This document shows, piece by piece, positions 35,564 to 47,141 of a DNA stretch of 64,000 nucleotides. The stretch covers positions 434,001 to 498,000 of the forward strand of contig NW_027191454.1 of assembly GCF_011745625.1 (NCBI RefSeq), in the 5' to 3' direction. The DNA comes from Cladosporium halotolerans (taxonomy: Eukaryota). The translations under genes and the position numbers were made by a program. The notes below the pieces were generated by a model. It ran no database searches. It was not told the origin of the DNA and saw only the letters and a program-made list of their open reading frames with translations. Within the stretch, counting starts at the first letter, position 1. Each line of letters begins with the position of its first letter.

Positions 35564-36196
35564 ATGGTGAGTGGCTTTGTCGAGTGCAAAAAAAAATACT
35601 CGCGATCATTAACGCGTCAACAGCCTCCAAAGCGCAAGCAACCCGTCTCGAAAGCACCCACAGCCAAACCGGCAGCAAAACGCCGATCGAAGCTCGCTAA
35701 AGAGAACGACATCAGTGCTGAAGAGGAAGCCGAGATTCAAGAAGCATACAACATCTTTCGCCAGGATCCCGAGGAAATCGACTCGAAAGACGGCGCAATC
35801 CCGACTGCAGATGTGCGCCGCTGCCTGATCGCACTGAACGCGCCGCCTCGGGACAATGCCGAGCTTAAGGAGCTTATTGAGACGGTTGACCCCGATGACT
35901 CTGGCTGGGTGGACTACGAACGCTTCGTTGCGATTGCGGCTCTAAAACTACACGCACGCCACGATGATCCCGACGCCCAGAACGAGGAGGCTGAGAGGGC
36001 GTATGCACTCTTCACTAGAGGCCAGGAACGGGATATCACTATCAACGACCTACGACGTGTAGCAAAGGAGCTGAGAGAGGATGTTCCTGAGAATGTGCTG
36101 AAGGACATGATCAGAGAGGCTACGGGCGGCGGGCTCGGAGGTGTCAACATGGAGGATTTTGAGGGTGTCATGACACGGGCAGGAGTGTTCGGTTAA
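35564..36196 (+). CDS. Centrin/calmodulin-like EF-hand protein (divergent, possibly Rad33-like)
   Basis: ATG-only first coding exon 35564-35566, intron 35567..35623 (GTGAGT...TTAAC...CAG), then PPKRKQ... One intact EF loop DPDDSGWVDYERF; centrin-like ITINDLRRVAKEL. Confidence 0.8.
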   Translation: MVSGFVECKKKYSRSLTRQQPPKRKQPVSKAPTAKPAAKRRSKLAKENDISAEEEAEIQEAYNIFRQDPEEIDSKDGAIPTADVRRCLIALNAPPRDNAELKELIETVDPDDSGWVDYERFVAIAALKLHARHDDPDAQNEEAERAYALFTRGQERDITINDLRRVAKELREDVPENVLKDMIREATGGGLGGVNMEDFEGVMTRAGVFG

Positions 36197-36422
36197 TGAG
36201 AAGCATCGTTACGTTGTCGTGGGACACGATGCTACTAGGAGTTCTTGGGCGCATGGGTGGATATACCCCAGTGAGTACTTTTGATGAATTGCTATTACGA
36301 ACTTGACTCCCTTTCATGCTATGTTTCCGGATAAGTTGCGACCACCAATATCCAGCGGTCATCCGAACTACGACAGGGCTCTCATTTCTCTCACGTTTAG
36401 ATTTCCCGGGATTTTGGCTCCG

Positions 36423-36521
36423 TTGTCCTCACTCCTCCTATGAGGACAAGAGTCACCCACTCCATTGGCTCAACGCGCTTCAATGTCCTCACAGGTCCTC
36501 ACATGTCCTCAAATGTCCTCA
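36423..36521. repeat. GTCCTCA motif array: one inverted pair plus four 10-bp tandem units
   Basis: TTGTCCTCA (36423-36431) and TGAGGACAA (36441-36449) are inverted; caatgtcctc acaggtcctc acatgtcctc aaatgtcctc runs 36481-36520. Confidence 0.85.
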
Positions 36522-36735
36522 AAGATGAAGTTTACTCCCGCCACAGGAAAAAATCGTGGCTGCGGGCGCTGTACAAGAGGAAGTGTTTCCAATGTCTTTG
36601 ATTAGTTTCCCCTACCCAGATACCCATCCACTCCCAAGATCAGAAGACCACTACAAGCTACTACCAGCCAACACCCTCTCAAGAAGCCTCAATCTACCAC
36701 AGAGATACTCAAATCTCCACCATCAAGTAGACATC

Positions 36736-38844
36736 ATGGATTTCAACGGCAACATGATGCTTCCCTCTAACTTCGGTGCTGCCAATAACGGCACCAACAT
36801 GGCCTGGGACGGCCAGTCTCGCGGCCCAGCTCATGGCAACTCCATGGGCTACGGTACTGGCGTTCCGAACATGCCTGCTGGCAACAGCACCAGGATGGGC
36901 CAGCCGATACGGCAGCAAGTCGCATCTCAATTCGCCGTCCCAATGGCCAATGGGTCTTTTCCTGTGTCTATGGCTGCTGGCAACAGCACCAACATGGCTC
37001 AGCCAGTGGGGCAGCAAGTCGCATTCCAACCAACCGTCCCGAAGGCCTATGGAACCTTTCCGGCGCCCATGCCAGCGCCTCAATTTCAAGCGCCAGCCCT
37101 CCCAATGGGGTATGGCAATGTTCTCACGCCGCAACCTACTGGGCCAACGGATATGTTTGCACTCAGCTATAGAGGTGCAATGAATGCTCCCCTCCCTCAG
37201 GGGAATACTGCCTATGCTCCTATCGGAGCACATCAACACATGGCTGGATTCCCACAGCAGAGACTCCCAGCGCATGGCCAGGTTCCGAACTTCTCAATGG
37301 GATACAACCCGCTGCCTGTGCCGATGCCAGCTGGTATGGGCACAACTGCACCTACTGGCTATGGTATCGCCAGACCAGCTGCGAGGATGGATCTCACGAA
37401 CAAGCCAGCGACCGCAGCAGAAATCGTCGACCTCACTCAGGACGACGATGAACCAACCGCACCAGCCGTCCAGAAAGCTGGCACCAAGAGGAAGGGCACA
37501 ACTTCCCCCGAGAAGCCCGCGAAGAGGGCTCGCTACGGCGTTCTCGAGACGCCTGTCATCGCAACTCCGCAAATCACTCCTCTAGAGGCGGCTAAGCCTC
37601 CAGCCTCAGAGCAGCGGGTTCCTGCTCCCAAGGTTCAGAATAGTCCACGCAAAGATCCGTACAATCTCATGGGCAGCCTCTACTACACCCGCATCAAGCA
37701 GCCAGTCAACACACGTCTCCAAGAAGTACCTCAGGACGAGCCCCAGAGGCCGGTCTACGACCCCAGGAATTTTGCGGATGAAAATCAAATTGTCCGGCGC
37801 CGTCGCAGAAAGGCTAAGACAGCAGCCGCGGAGCCTCAAAAGTCCCCGAGGAAGCGCAACGGCGAATCTCAAGTCAAGGCGGGAAACAAAGTCGCGAGAA
37901 CGAGGCCCGCTGGCTCCGAGGCGCCTCAGCCTGTCACCACACCCGTTCAGCCTCAGGTGTCCGCTGTTGAGGCTGAAGAACGCTCAAACTCCGGCTCCGA
38001 CGACGATGATGATGATGATGCTGAGGGAAGTGAGGACGAGGAGTACGAGCAACAGCAACCTACCCGTACCCCTGCAGCGCTGCCGCCTCAGCCCGTCGAG
38101 GAAGAAGCAGACGTCGTCATCGACAGAGCCAACGAGCGACTATCCCACGCATCGCCGGCCGAGCACCCCATCGAGCAAGCAGAAAGAGTTGTCGTAAACG
38201 AAGACAACCAGCAAGCCTCTCCTGCATCGCCGACGCCGCAGCCCCTCAAGCAAGCAGAAGAGGTCGTTATCAACGAGGATCGCCAGCAACCCTCTCCTGC
38301 ATCGCCGGTGCCGCAACTCATCGAAGACGAACCAGAGGTCATCGTCGACGACACTGATTCTCTTCTCAGCGGTAGCATCGTCTCTCTCGAAGATGATGGT
38401 GTCGACGCCATCCACGTAGCTGCCGAACCCGCTGATGACGGCCTACTGTACCTCGAGGTGCCCGTCGACGCCGACCTCCTGTCTGGCCGCAGAAAGCTTT
38501 ATCTCGCAGACAACGTCCCCGACTACGTTCTCAAGGATGCGACCGAGGTTGCGGCGTGGCAGGCGGAGGTTGCTGAGAGCGAGGTTGCTGAGAGCGAGGT
38601 TGCTGAGAGCGAGGTTACGGAGAGCGAGGCTGCTGCTGTTAGTGAGGATGTGGTTGCCGACGCGGAGGAGGAGCAAGAGGAGGAGCTGGACTTCGATGCT
38701 CTGTTCACAGCTGCGTTCAAGCAGGCCGCCGATGAAGAGAGCGGTGGGGATGATGATGAAGAAGACGACGAAGATGGTGATGAGGGCGATAACGCCTGCC
38801 GCTACCAAAGCAGCGATGAAGAGATTAGTGAAGACGAGTCGTAG
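36736..38844 (+). CDS. Orphan disordered, probably nuclear protein with M/G/P/Q/N-rich N-terminus, SIM-like repeats and acidic tail
   Basis: First good-context ATG at 36736 in ORF 36556..38844; basic clusters KRK and RRRRRK; in-frame internal repeats of 99, 75 and 15 bp. Confidence 0.7.
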   Translation: MDFNGNMMLPSNFGAANNGTNMAWDGQSRGPAHGNSMGYGTGVPNMPAGNSTRMGQPIRQQVASQFAVPMANGSFPVSMAAGNSTNMAQPVGQQVAFQPTVPKAYGTFPAPMPAPQFQAPALPMGYGNVLTPQPTGPTDMFALSYRGAMNAPLPQGNTAYAPIGAHQHMAGFPQQRLPAHGQVPNFSMGYNPLPVPMPAGMGTTAPTGYGIARPAARMDLTNKPATAAEIVDLTQDDDEPTAPAVQKAGTKRKGTTSPEKPAKRARYGVLETPVIATPQITPLEAAKPPASEQRVPAPKVQNSPRKDPYNLMGSLYYTRIKQPVNTRLQEVPQDEPQRPVYDPRNFADENQIVRRRRRKAKTAAAEPQKSPRKRNGESQVKAGNKVARTRPAGSEAPQPVTTPVQPQVSAVEAEERSNSGSDDDDDDDAEGSEDEEYEQQQPTRTPAALPPQPVEEEADVVIDRANERLSHASPAEHPIEQAERVVVNEDNQQASPASPTPQPLKQAEEVVINEDRQQPSPASPVPQLIEDEPEVIVDDTDSLLSGSIVSLEDDGVDAIHVAAEPADDGLLYLEVPVDADLLSGRRKLYLADNVPDYVLKDATEVAAWQAEVAESEVAESEVAESEVTESEAAAVSEDVVADAEEEQEEELDFDALFTAAFKQAADEESGGDDDEEDDEDGDEGDNACRYQSSDEEISEDES
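38086..38360 (+). repeat. 75-bp (25-aa) coding tandem repeat, about 3.7 copies
   Basis: Units start at 38086, 38161, 38236 and 38311: PQPVEEEADVVIDRANERLSHASPA / EHPIEQAERVVVNEDNQQASPASPT / PQPLKQAEEVVINEDRQQPSPASPV / PQLIEDEPEVIVDD. Confidence 0.9.
38566..38625 (+). repeat. 15-bp coding minisatellite (GAGGTTGCTGAGAGC)x4, EVAES repeats
   Basis: Three perfect units plus one variant (GAGGTTACGGAGAGC). Confidence 0.95.
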
Positions 38845-39110
38845 AAGACTGGGATGGAGAGTGGGAGCGGTCTTTAGTGGAATACAAGGACGTTCTCTTC
38901 ATAGAACGGTCTCATTTCTGATCTTCTTCGTGATGTAGATGCTTCTTGGGACTGATTCCACCAAGGCGGAGGCCCTGTCTCTTCGCATAAGCGTACGCTT
39001 ATGGGAAAAGTAACGTTCGAGTTCAAAGGACCACTGGAGAGTTTAGCAGATGCAGCGGTAAATTGTGTTGTTAATGTACAAGATAATTCACAGTATAAGA
39101 GTACAGCCAT

Positions 39111-40098
39111 CTACCAAACCCTGTTCTCAGCCCTCGCCGCGCTCTTGCTACCCTTGCTGGTAACCTTGCGAGCGTCCACGCGACCAGCGCCAGGCGTCTT
39201 GAAGAAGAGCGAGGGACCGTGGCCCTCTTCGACCATGTGGGACAGGTAGCCCCTGTGCGCGGAGTCGCGGTAGTACTCCAGATCCTTTCTGCTCGTGGGG
39301 TCCGGCAGTCTGAACGGGAACTGCTTCCTCTCCTTGATGATCGCCTCGGCCGCAGCCTCCGCGCCCGTGGCCTCCGCTGGGGCCATCATGATCCGGCTCT
39401 GCAGCGAGTGGATCGGGTCCATCTGTCCCTTCAGGACCTTCTTGACGGCGTAAGGAGAGTAGTAGCGAGTTGTGACGGTGCCTCCGACCTTCTCAACCGC
39501 AGCGATGGCTTCGGCGCTGGCGCGCGAGACGACGATGTTGATCGGGGTTGTGAGCTCTTCCTTGCCGCGAGCGAGGAGTTTGACGCCGTCTTTCACGCCG
39601 TGCATGCACCTCGATCGGTTGAGTTCCCTCATAGTAATCGGCTTCGTCGGGTCGAGGCGTTTGGCGTTGATCCACTCCTGGATGCGGTTCAGGTTAATCG
39701 GGCTCATTTCCACAGAGAAGCTGCGGATATTGTTAGTCCATGTCTTCAACCTCCTTGCTCTTGCGGCTCTTCCAGGAGACCTACTGGTTCACAAATCCTC
39801 GCTCTCCATGCACCACCTCCTCCGGTGTCTGACCACCCTGAAATCCAAAAGGCACCTTGCCATGCTGCTTCTGACCCTTGTGACCTCTTCCGGACGTCTT
39901 GCCCTTGCCGGAACTGGGGCCGCGACCGCGGCGAATGCGGTGGCCGTAGGCTCCCTTGGTGTCGGAAAGGGAGGAGAGGATGGACGCCGGGCGCTGCTGT
40001 TGGTGGAGGAAAGGATATAGGAAGGGCGCAGTGGGCTGGTAGGTCTGCTTTGGCAGTGCCCTTACCGCGCCGCTGAGCAGCTGTAGTCTGGGAGGCAT
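39111..40098 (-). CDS. MRPL10: Mitochondrial ribosomal protein uL15m (yeast MrpL10)
   Basis: Presequence-like MPPRLQLL...; RIRRGRGPSSGKGKTSGRGHKGQKQ...FQGGQTP. Intron 39721..39784 joins FVNH/FSVEMSPINL; later RLPDPTSRKDLEYY. Confidence 0.93.
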
Positions 40099-40204
40099 GA
40101 TGGCGGTGACCTGGGCGATGGCGCCTGTCACGATGCGCTTGACGGACGTTGTGAGCGACTTCGAATCTTTGGACGGCTGTACCCGCAGGCCTGAGGTGTC
40201 AGTC

Positions 40205-40231
40205 AACCCCAACCCTAACCCTTCTAACCCT
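40205..40231. repeat. Short interstitial telomere-like (CCCTAA/TTAGGG) tract upstream of uL15m
   Basis: AACCCC AACCCT AACCCT TCT AACCCT. Confidence 0.6.
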
Positions 40232-41687
40232 CTCTTCGACTGCATTGGATATATCAAATGAACTCCGAGTGCTGGTTGGTCTTTGAGGCAGACTGGTGCT
40301 GGCGCTGGAGTGGTATGGGCCCTTTCTTTCTCAATTCGCTGCTGTTTCCTGCTCGTACCGACAATGTATCCTACCTTCTCTGAACCCAGACGAGACCCGG
40401 ATAAAAGAGACATGAACTCATCTGCAAATTGTTTGTTGTACAACTTATCTATCAGACCACGAAGAAAGCGACTCAAATCCATTCCTATATACATCAAATG
40501 CAAATATAGAGTCGAATCAAATACCACATGATCAACTCGTTGGATCATTGAAGCGAGTCCAAGGTCTTGTTCAACCATTAGCCAACGTATCCAAAACATA
40601 TCAGGCACTCAATGCACAGGATCGCCAATGCACAGATTGAACAACCTCACATAGTCTGCTCATTGAGTTTCGACAGACTGAACTGGTACAGTCGCTGTTG
40701 CTTACCGCCCCAAGATGAAACTGGAAGCACGATTTCCCCCCTACATCAAGGACGTGGGTTTGATATGCCTCTCCGACAACCACCAAACGTAGCTACACGC
40801 CGTAGCCGTTAGAAGTCAAGTCTAGCGGTATCATGACAAGGCAAGCGAATCGCCTTCCCTTCTCATATCCTCCCTGTTGAACAGAAAAGAAGGGTTGAAC
40901 ATAACCAAAAACACAGCTACAAAACGAACGCAATCCGAACCCTCAGCAGGATTATCAGCTTGCGGCGACAAAAAGGCATGGCAGCATTTCGATCGAGGCG
41001 AATCGCAAGTATGGCCATACCACAACGAAGACTTACTGCAGTTGCAACGACGCGGTATTCCCTGCCGTGCTACAAGTGAATGCGGTGCATCGAAGACCAG
41101 ACACAAGTTTCGCAACGTCGATGCGGTAACGTATGTCCCTGCCCAAAGGACGATCACGACCAGCCCAGCCCCGGCATACAGGCGCTCGCAACATGAGACC
41201 CATACTCTCAAAAGGACGCAGGAGGCAGCGCCGGGCGATACGGGGAGCATCCCGGCGGCGAAAGGTACAGTAGACAGCGATGGCGCCGCTTCAGGCAATC
41301 GTGATCGCAGGCGACATCGTTATACCCCCAAAGCATGCAATACAGCGGCGAGCGAAACTCATGTGCGTGTTTGATCGTCCGAATGTCAAGGTCAATTTGG
41401 TCGAAGCGAGCGTCTCCTGCTGCGGCGACATAGCAGTAATGCAACCCTGCAAAAAACTCCAGCCGTACGGAACATCCCACGAGGCCAGCGACATCGCACC
41501 AGTCTGGAAGTACGCAGGCGCCATATGCCCAGTGAGACGCGGGAGCGCGGTGACCTCGGCCGTAACGCAGCCGGTGGGACGGCGAGCTTGCCTGTGCGTG
41601 CGTACTTGCTTTTTCTTCCTCGCCCTTGTGTCAGCAAGACGCAGGTCGCAATATGTGTCGACGGCGCATGCGCGCCGGCAAGGAAGT

Positions 41688-41708
41688 GACGAGACGAGAC
41701 GAGACGAG
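41688..41708. repeat. (GACGA)n pentanucleotide microsatellite
   Basis: gacgagacgagacgagacgag. Confidence 0.85.
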
Positions 41709-44700
41709 GGCAAAGACGCCATGCGACGCGAATAAGCTCCAACCTAGACGGGGCGAGTTGCACGAGCGATCACGCCGGCGCTGTCGCAGGAGCGCGGGTG
41801 CGTGTGGGTGGGTATATCAGCCGCGGAGGGAAAGACTATTGGTATCTGTGTATGTGTGATTGTTGGAGCGGAGCTGCCGTTTCGGGAGACTGCAAGAACG
41901 ATCCGCGCGCAGAGAGTTGCGCGTGAGTTAATTATTAAGCGATGCACTGACGAAAGCGACGTGACGAATTTTCTCCCTGCGGCATGTTCCATATTCGGTG
42001 ACGCTTCTAGGGCGTTGTAAGTGGTAGTGCCGTGTGTTGATCGAAAGGCGTCTAGTGAGCTGATGAGTGACGATCGGCTCTGGTAGGCGGGTACGAGAGC
42101 AGCGCCCGCCGAGAGACCCGATGATTGACCGCCTGGGACCTGCCTGCGGTCATATGATACACGAGAGGCTTCGCAAAGCATGTACATACCGTTCGTATGC
42201 AAAAGTCGAACCGCTAATTCGAGTCAGCACAACAAGCAGTCAGACCAGCGTGTGAGCGGAAGCGACCTCCTCGCAACGTGCCTCCAACGGCGCCTAGCTG
42301 CAGGGAGGGCGACCAGAAGGAGAAAGCACCGACTCGACACCCGCCCTTGGTGACGGCGAGCTGGGGTGGTTGCGAAGTTTGTCTTTGACGATCGCTGGGC
42401 GGCACGACAAAAAATCACCTGCGTCGCCTAAAGCATGGCGGTACAAGCCGCAAAGCGACGAGTAGAGTCTTCGCGCCCAGGATGCGCGGATTCGGGCGTC
42501 GAGAGGTCCACAGTTCTCGCACAGAGTTGCAGAAGACGTCGCCGAAGGAGGAAGCCGGGCCGAGGTGACACGCGAGCCATGTCCCCAAGTATCCGCAAGG
42601 CTTGCAGAGCGGGCGTTGTTGATTCAGGAGTTGCGGCAATCAGGGCTGCCTGGGCCCGCCAAAAGAGCAGAGGGCAACCCTGACCGCGCCGTCACACGTT
42701 CGTATCTCGAAGGCTGCGCCACGGCATCACGCTTGCGCGGTGCATGGAGGGGACGCAGCTAGCGGGCGGCGGATCTTCAAATTGACGAGCGCCTGGCGCG
42801 ATTCAGGCATCTCGCATCCGCGGGACCAGGGCTCGTCGGGCAGTCTGGAAGTTTCATAAGGGTGGTGAGCGGAGTGGGGAGGCAGGAGGGTTAGGAGAGA
42901 TGAGGAGGCGTGACAGCTTGCGGCCACAGGCAGCGGCTCTGGGCGGCGGTTTGCCTCTGTGGTGCCACGCCAAAGGCTAAATGGCAGGCCCGCCTATGCG
43001 CCGATTGGCCGGCGTGCGGGAGAGCCGCTGGCTGCGCCGCTGCGGTTCGGAAGGCGTGTCTGAGATCTCTCGATATGGGCCCCGGGCGGGAGGGTCGCGA
43101 AGGGCTGGCGGTGATGCTGACGCACTGCTCCAACCACGCATCTGGCCCGCCGAACTCTGCCTCCTCCGCCGTGCCCTGCCTCTCCCGCCAAGACGACGAT
43201 TGCGCTCTGCAGGTCACATCGTGTGGGCGTGCATCTCCACTTCCAGGCGAGGGCTGCGCGCAGGATGAGCGGTCGTCACCCTCTGGCCGCCCGCCACCGC
43301 CATCCATCGCGCGGGTCTGAGGTCAACCGGACGTGCTGACCGTGTCATGATGGTGGTGACGATGACACGGCGGCATCGAGCCTGTGATGTGAGGTGCAGC
43401 AGCGCGCGCAGGCCCGCAGGCGGCGGGCTTGGACAGGGCGTGGGCGTTGGCAGTGGCACGGCGCTCGCTGGATGGCCCTACCCGCACACCACACACACAC
43501 CGCAAGAGACGTGGCCTGCGATCCGCGGCGTGACACGCTGGCTCTGTCTCATGCACTCAATCATCCACGCGCTTTCGGCCTAGCGCGTCTGGCCCGCCCG
43601 GGCGGCGGGCTTCCACTTTCTCGATGAACCTTCTGCGTGTCCGTCCGCGAGTCGGTGCGACCAAGGCCTCCCACGGCTGGCTCGCGCCCCCTCCGCCGCA
43701 TTGGGTGGCCAGCCGCTCAGCCTGCTATAGCGATCGCTGTCTAGCTGCAACGCGCCGCAGGAGGCGGTGACATGAGCGCTGCGTACCCGTCGCTGAAACT
43801 GGGGCTTGCCGGCGGGCGTAGTGCGTTGCCTGGCAAGTAAGCGACGCCGTGCGATCCGAGTAGAGACACGCAGGCGGCTGAAGGGGAAGGTCCACCGTTG
43901 GTTCCCAATTGCATTCGCAGAGCGCAAGACGGGGGCGGGATTGGCGAGCGGCGGCCATTTCCAGACCTGGCCTTGGCTCCCGCCAGTGCTCGTCGGCCGT
44001 ATACGACTTGGAGATTATTGACTTCACTCGTGGACGCGGACGTCCAGGAGGAGGGCGAGGGTGTGAGCACGTCGCACGGTTCGTTCAATCTCGCCCAAAG
44101 GGCCTGCCGTGGCACGCCCGAGAGGTTGCGTCAGCGCTTAGTGCATGTTACTATTGAGGTTGATGAGTCGCTGGCGGGCTGGGCCTCATACATGTCATAC
44201 GAGGCCATCGTATCACCGCGACGAACATAATCCCATGAGCAGCGACAAAATCTAACGATGCAGGCCGCTGATCGCTGGCGCCGCACGGCATGCCCCAGCA
44301 ATAATTGACTTGCGAGTCAGCGCAGGGTTTGAGGCGAGCGTGGCAAGGTTCTGCCGTCGACCATGATTGCTTCTTGCGCCTTCGTCCGACGCTGCCGCCT
44401 GAGACAGACGCAGTCGACGCTGGTTGCTAACGTTAGCTCGCCCCGTCTGCGTCCGACCTGACCATCACGCCCGCGTGGATGGAGGCTTGCCCGGGCGAGG
44501 GACCGGAGCAAACGCTACCGCTACTGCGCTCACTAGCTGCGGTTGGGGGCAGGGCGCACACGAGGGATGGGATCTCGGAGGCACAGCACGGCCGATGCAC
44601 ATCTCGTTTGATCAAGTAATGTCATCTGCGGAAGGGCGCTGCGTCCGCGAGCAGCTAGCCTGGATCACCGCTGGGCGGCGCCCGTTGATACTGTAGATAG

Positions 44701-47051
44701 AGTACCAATGAGCGCGCGGCTGGCCTTTTCTGCACGCTGCTCTTGCGCACGCCACGCCCGCCTGATTCGCGGGCGCCCGCCCTGGGCGTCTGGTCAGCAG
44801 CCAACGCGAGCGCAGGGAAGCCGGTTTGACTCTGGCCACGCTACACGCGCGCCGACGTGCGGCGAGCAAACGAGAGACCTGGCCTGCCTGACTTGCCTGA
44901 CCGGCGCGGGGAGGGTTTGGCGCGATATTACAGTTGTTGATTATTGCGCCCACGCCATGCCGATGAGACAGTCACGGTGTCAGATGCAGGCCGCCCGCGA
45001 AGGGCGAGGGCAAACGCAGACTGTACGCTGCGCAGGGCCAGCCTGGCAGGCGAGCACGCGGAATGGACGGCCTCGCCAGATTTGATTGCGATGTGATGCG
45101 TGCATTCCTTCGTCGCGCTGCCGGGCCCGTCGGCTGCGTCGGTGTGGTGGCTCGCAACCCAAGTCGCGACGCGGTACGAGGCCCCATGTACCTCCTGCGG
45201 ACGAACGAGACGGCGACGCCATCGCTGTCACTGCTGGGCGCGGCGCCGAATGGCTCCGGACGAAGATTTGCCTTTGCCTGCGAGCCTGCGAGCACTTCTG
45301 CACGCCCACGCACTGACGCTCCACATGCGATACGCAGCGCCTCGCTGGGGCATTACCAGGGCTGGCAGCCGCGCGCTGACGATGCGCGGCCAGGACACGG
45401 CGTTTGCCGGCACAAAGTGCTAGTCGGTCAGGTTCAGGATGTAGTTTGCTAGCATGGGCGGAAAAGAGGGCGGCGGAGGGGAAGAGGCTAGAGGTGAAGG
45501 CAAAGCGGCCGGCATCCACTGGGGAGCAGGACCCCTCGCGCCGGCGCTCCTCTCCAGCTCCTCCCCTCGGCATGGCAAGCTTCGACCTTCGACCCATCGA
45601 CGCAGCGTGTGATTCGCGCCGCTCGGACTGGCCTGCGACCTTTCGGAGGCTGCGACGGCGGGCCTGCGAAAGCGTTTAGCCAGAGCAGCGCCGCGGTGCT
45701 TGGGTGCGCCTGTTGGGTTTTGGCTGCGAGCATGGCCGGCCGGCGCCCGCGCGCTCCCTGGCCCTTCTCGCGGGCGATGCGGCCTGGCCAGTCGTGTGCG
45801 CGCGAGCGAGAGCGATCCCTGGGGCGTCTTGTCTCTCTCGAACACGAACGGCGGGCCAGCATTGCAGAGCTCCACTCCCCCTCCCAGCGCCGTGGGCCAA
45901 GCAGGCAGGCGCAACTAAGCGACCCCAAGGCTGCGTAACCACCGGCCAGCCAGGCGTGCTGCTGCGGCTGCCGGTGCAGAGCAGAGGTGTCGCAGGCGCG
46001 CGGGCGGTGGCTCCGCCGGCCGGGCATATGACGGTATCACGGAGTGGGCGGGTACAGGCACAGGGTACCTACCTTACAGCAGCAGCAGGAGTAGCGGCCG
46101 CAAGTAGTGCTTTTTGCACAATTCGCATGCACACCCACGGGGCGGTACTTCGAAGGGGTACTTCGGTACGGTACAGCACGGGGGGGACGTGGGTACGGAC
46201 ACGTCAAACGCAAAACGCAGGCGGCGTGACGGTCACCGGCCGGAGCTACAGGAGTCGCAGGCGCGTGCGCTGCTCGGGATGGTGCCGTGGAGAGCGGTCG
46301 CGGTGGCGCCGGAGGATGCTCGCCCAGCGCGGACTGCAGGCAGACGGACTGGCGAGCGAGCGTTTAGCGGGCTGGAGATGGGCGACGGGCCCTTGGGTGG
46401 GCGCTATGGCACGCGCGGCGAGGGAGGGCATGGCGGGCTTGGGACTCTGGGAAGGCGATGGATGGGCGAAGGGAGATGAGAGTAGAATAGGGCGGCAGGA
46501 AGTGAGGGCAGAGGCACGGGAGGGTGCTAGCTAATGGTAGGCAGAGCGCGCGCATGTCCCAAGGCTCTCGCAGGCTCGCAGGCTCGCACCTCGCGGCGTA
46601 CCGTATGGTGTCGCGCGGGCGGCGGTGGTGTGGACTGCTCGTAAGCGATAAGTGGTGTGGACTACTGCTCGCCTGTGGTGTGGGCTGCTGCGAGCCTGTG
46701 GGCCGTGGCAGGGCGTGACTAGCGGCGGCGCACCACGCTGCCGGGGCCTCAGGCGCGTCTGGCGTCTTAGGTTGCATGCTTGCATCTAGCTTTTCGCGCT
46801 CCCTTGTAGCCTCTCGTGCCTCTCGTGCCTCTCTTACATCAGTCGCCGCTTCATCTACCGCCAGCCGCCAGCCGCCAGCCGCCTGCGCCGTGCGATCGGC
46901 TGCTGGGCTGGCACGGCGGCCACCGCACCGCAGCCTCCGCGCCGGACGGGCGACGCGCGCAAGCGATCATGATTCACTCGCGCAACGCCTGCGCCGCGCA
47001 GGGGCCGTGGGCGTGCGTGCGCTTGCCTGCTGATGAGGCCTCCACCGGCGC

Positions 47052-47141
47052 TGCTGAGTGCTGAGTGCCGAGTGATGAGTGCTGAGTGCTGGGTGCTGGG
47101 TGCTGGGTGCTGGGTGCTGGTGCTGAGTGCTGCTGCTGCTG
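47052..47141. repeat. Heptamer minisatellite (TGCTGAG/TGCTGGG)n followed by (GCT)n
   Basis: About 11 degenerate 7-bp units, switching from the GAG to the GGG variant, then tgctgctgctgctg. Confidence 0.9.

Noticed and set aside
40099..40608. 170-codon open frame in phase with and upstream of uL15m
   Set aside because: It would bury the mitochondrial presequence, runs through the telomere-like promoter tract and resembles no protein I recognise; treated as a chance open frame.
41036..42895. Possible minus-strand telomerase RNA (CCTAACCCT at 42887-42895, pseudoknot-like pairing near 42340-42420, GTAAGT at 41036)
   Set aside because: The putative pseudoknot stem is GC-only without the U-A-U triple-helix strands, and no valid P6.1 loop or Sm site next to the splice donor was found. 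Such pairings are expected in GC-rich DNA; only an Infernal hit would revive it.
47052..47141. Repeat array as a CRISPR-like or telomeric structure
   Set aside because: Contiguous 7-bp units with no spacers and no TTAGGG; an ordinary minisatellite in a eukaryotic genome.
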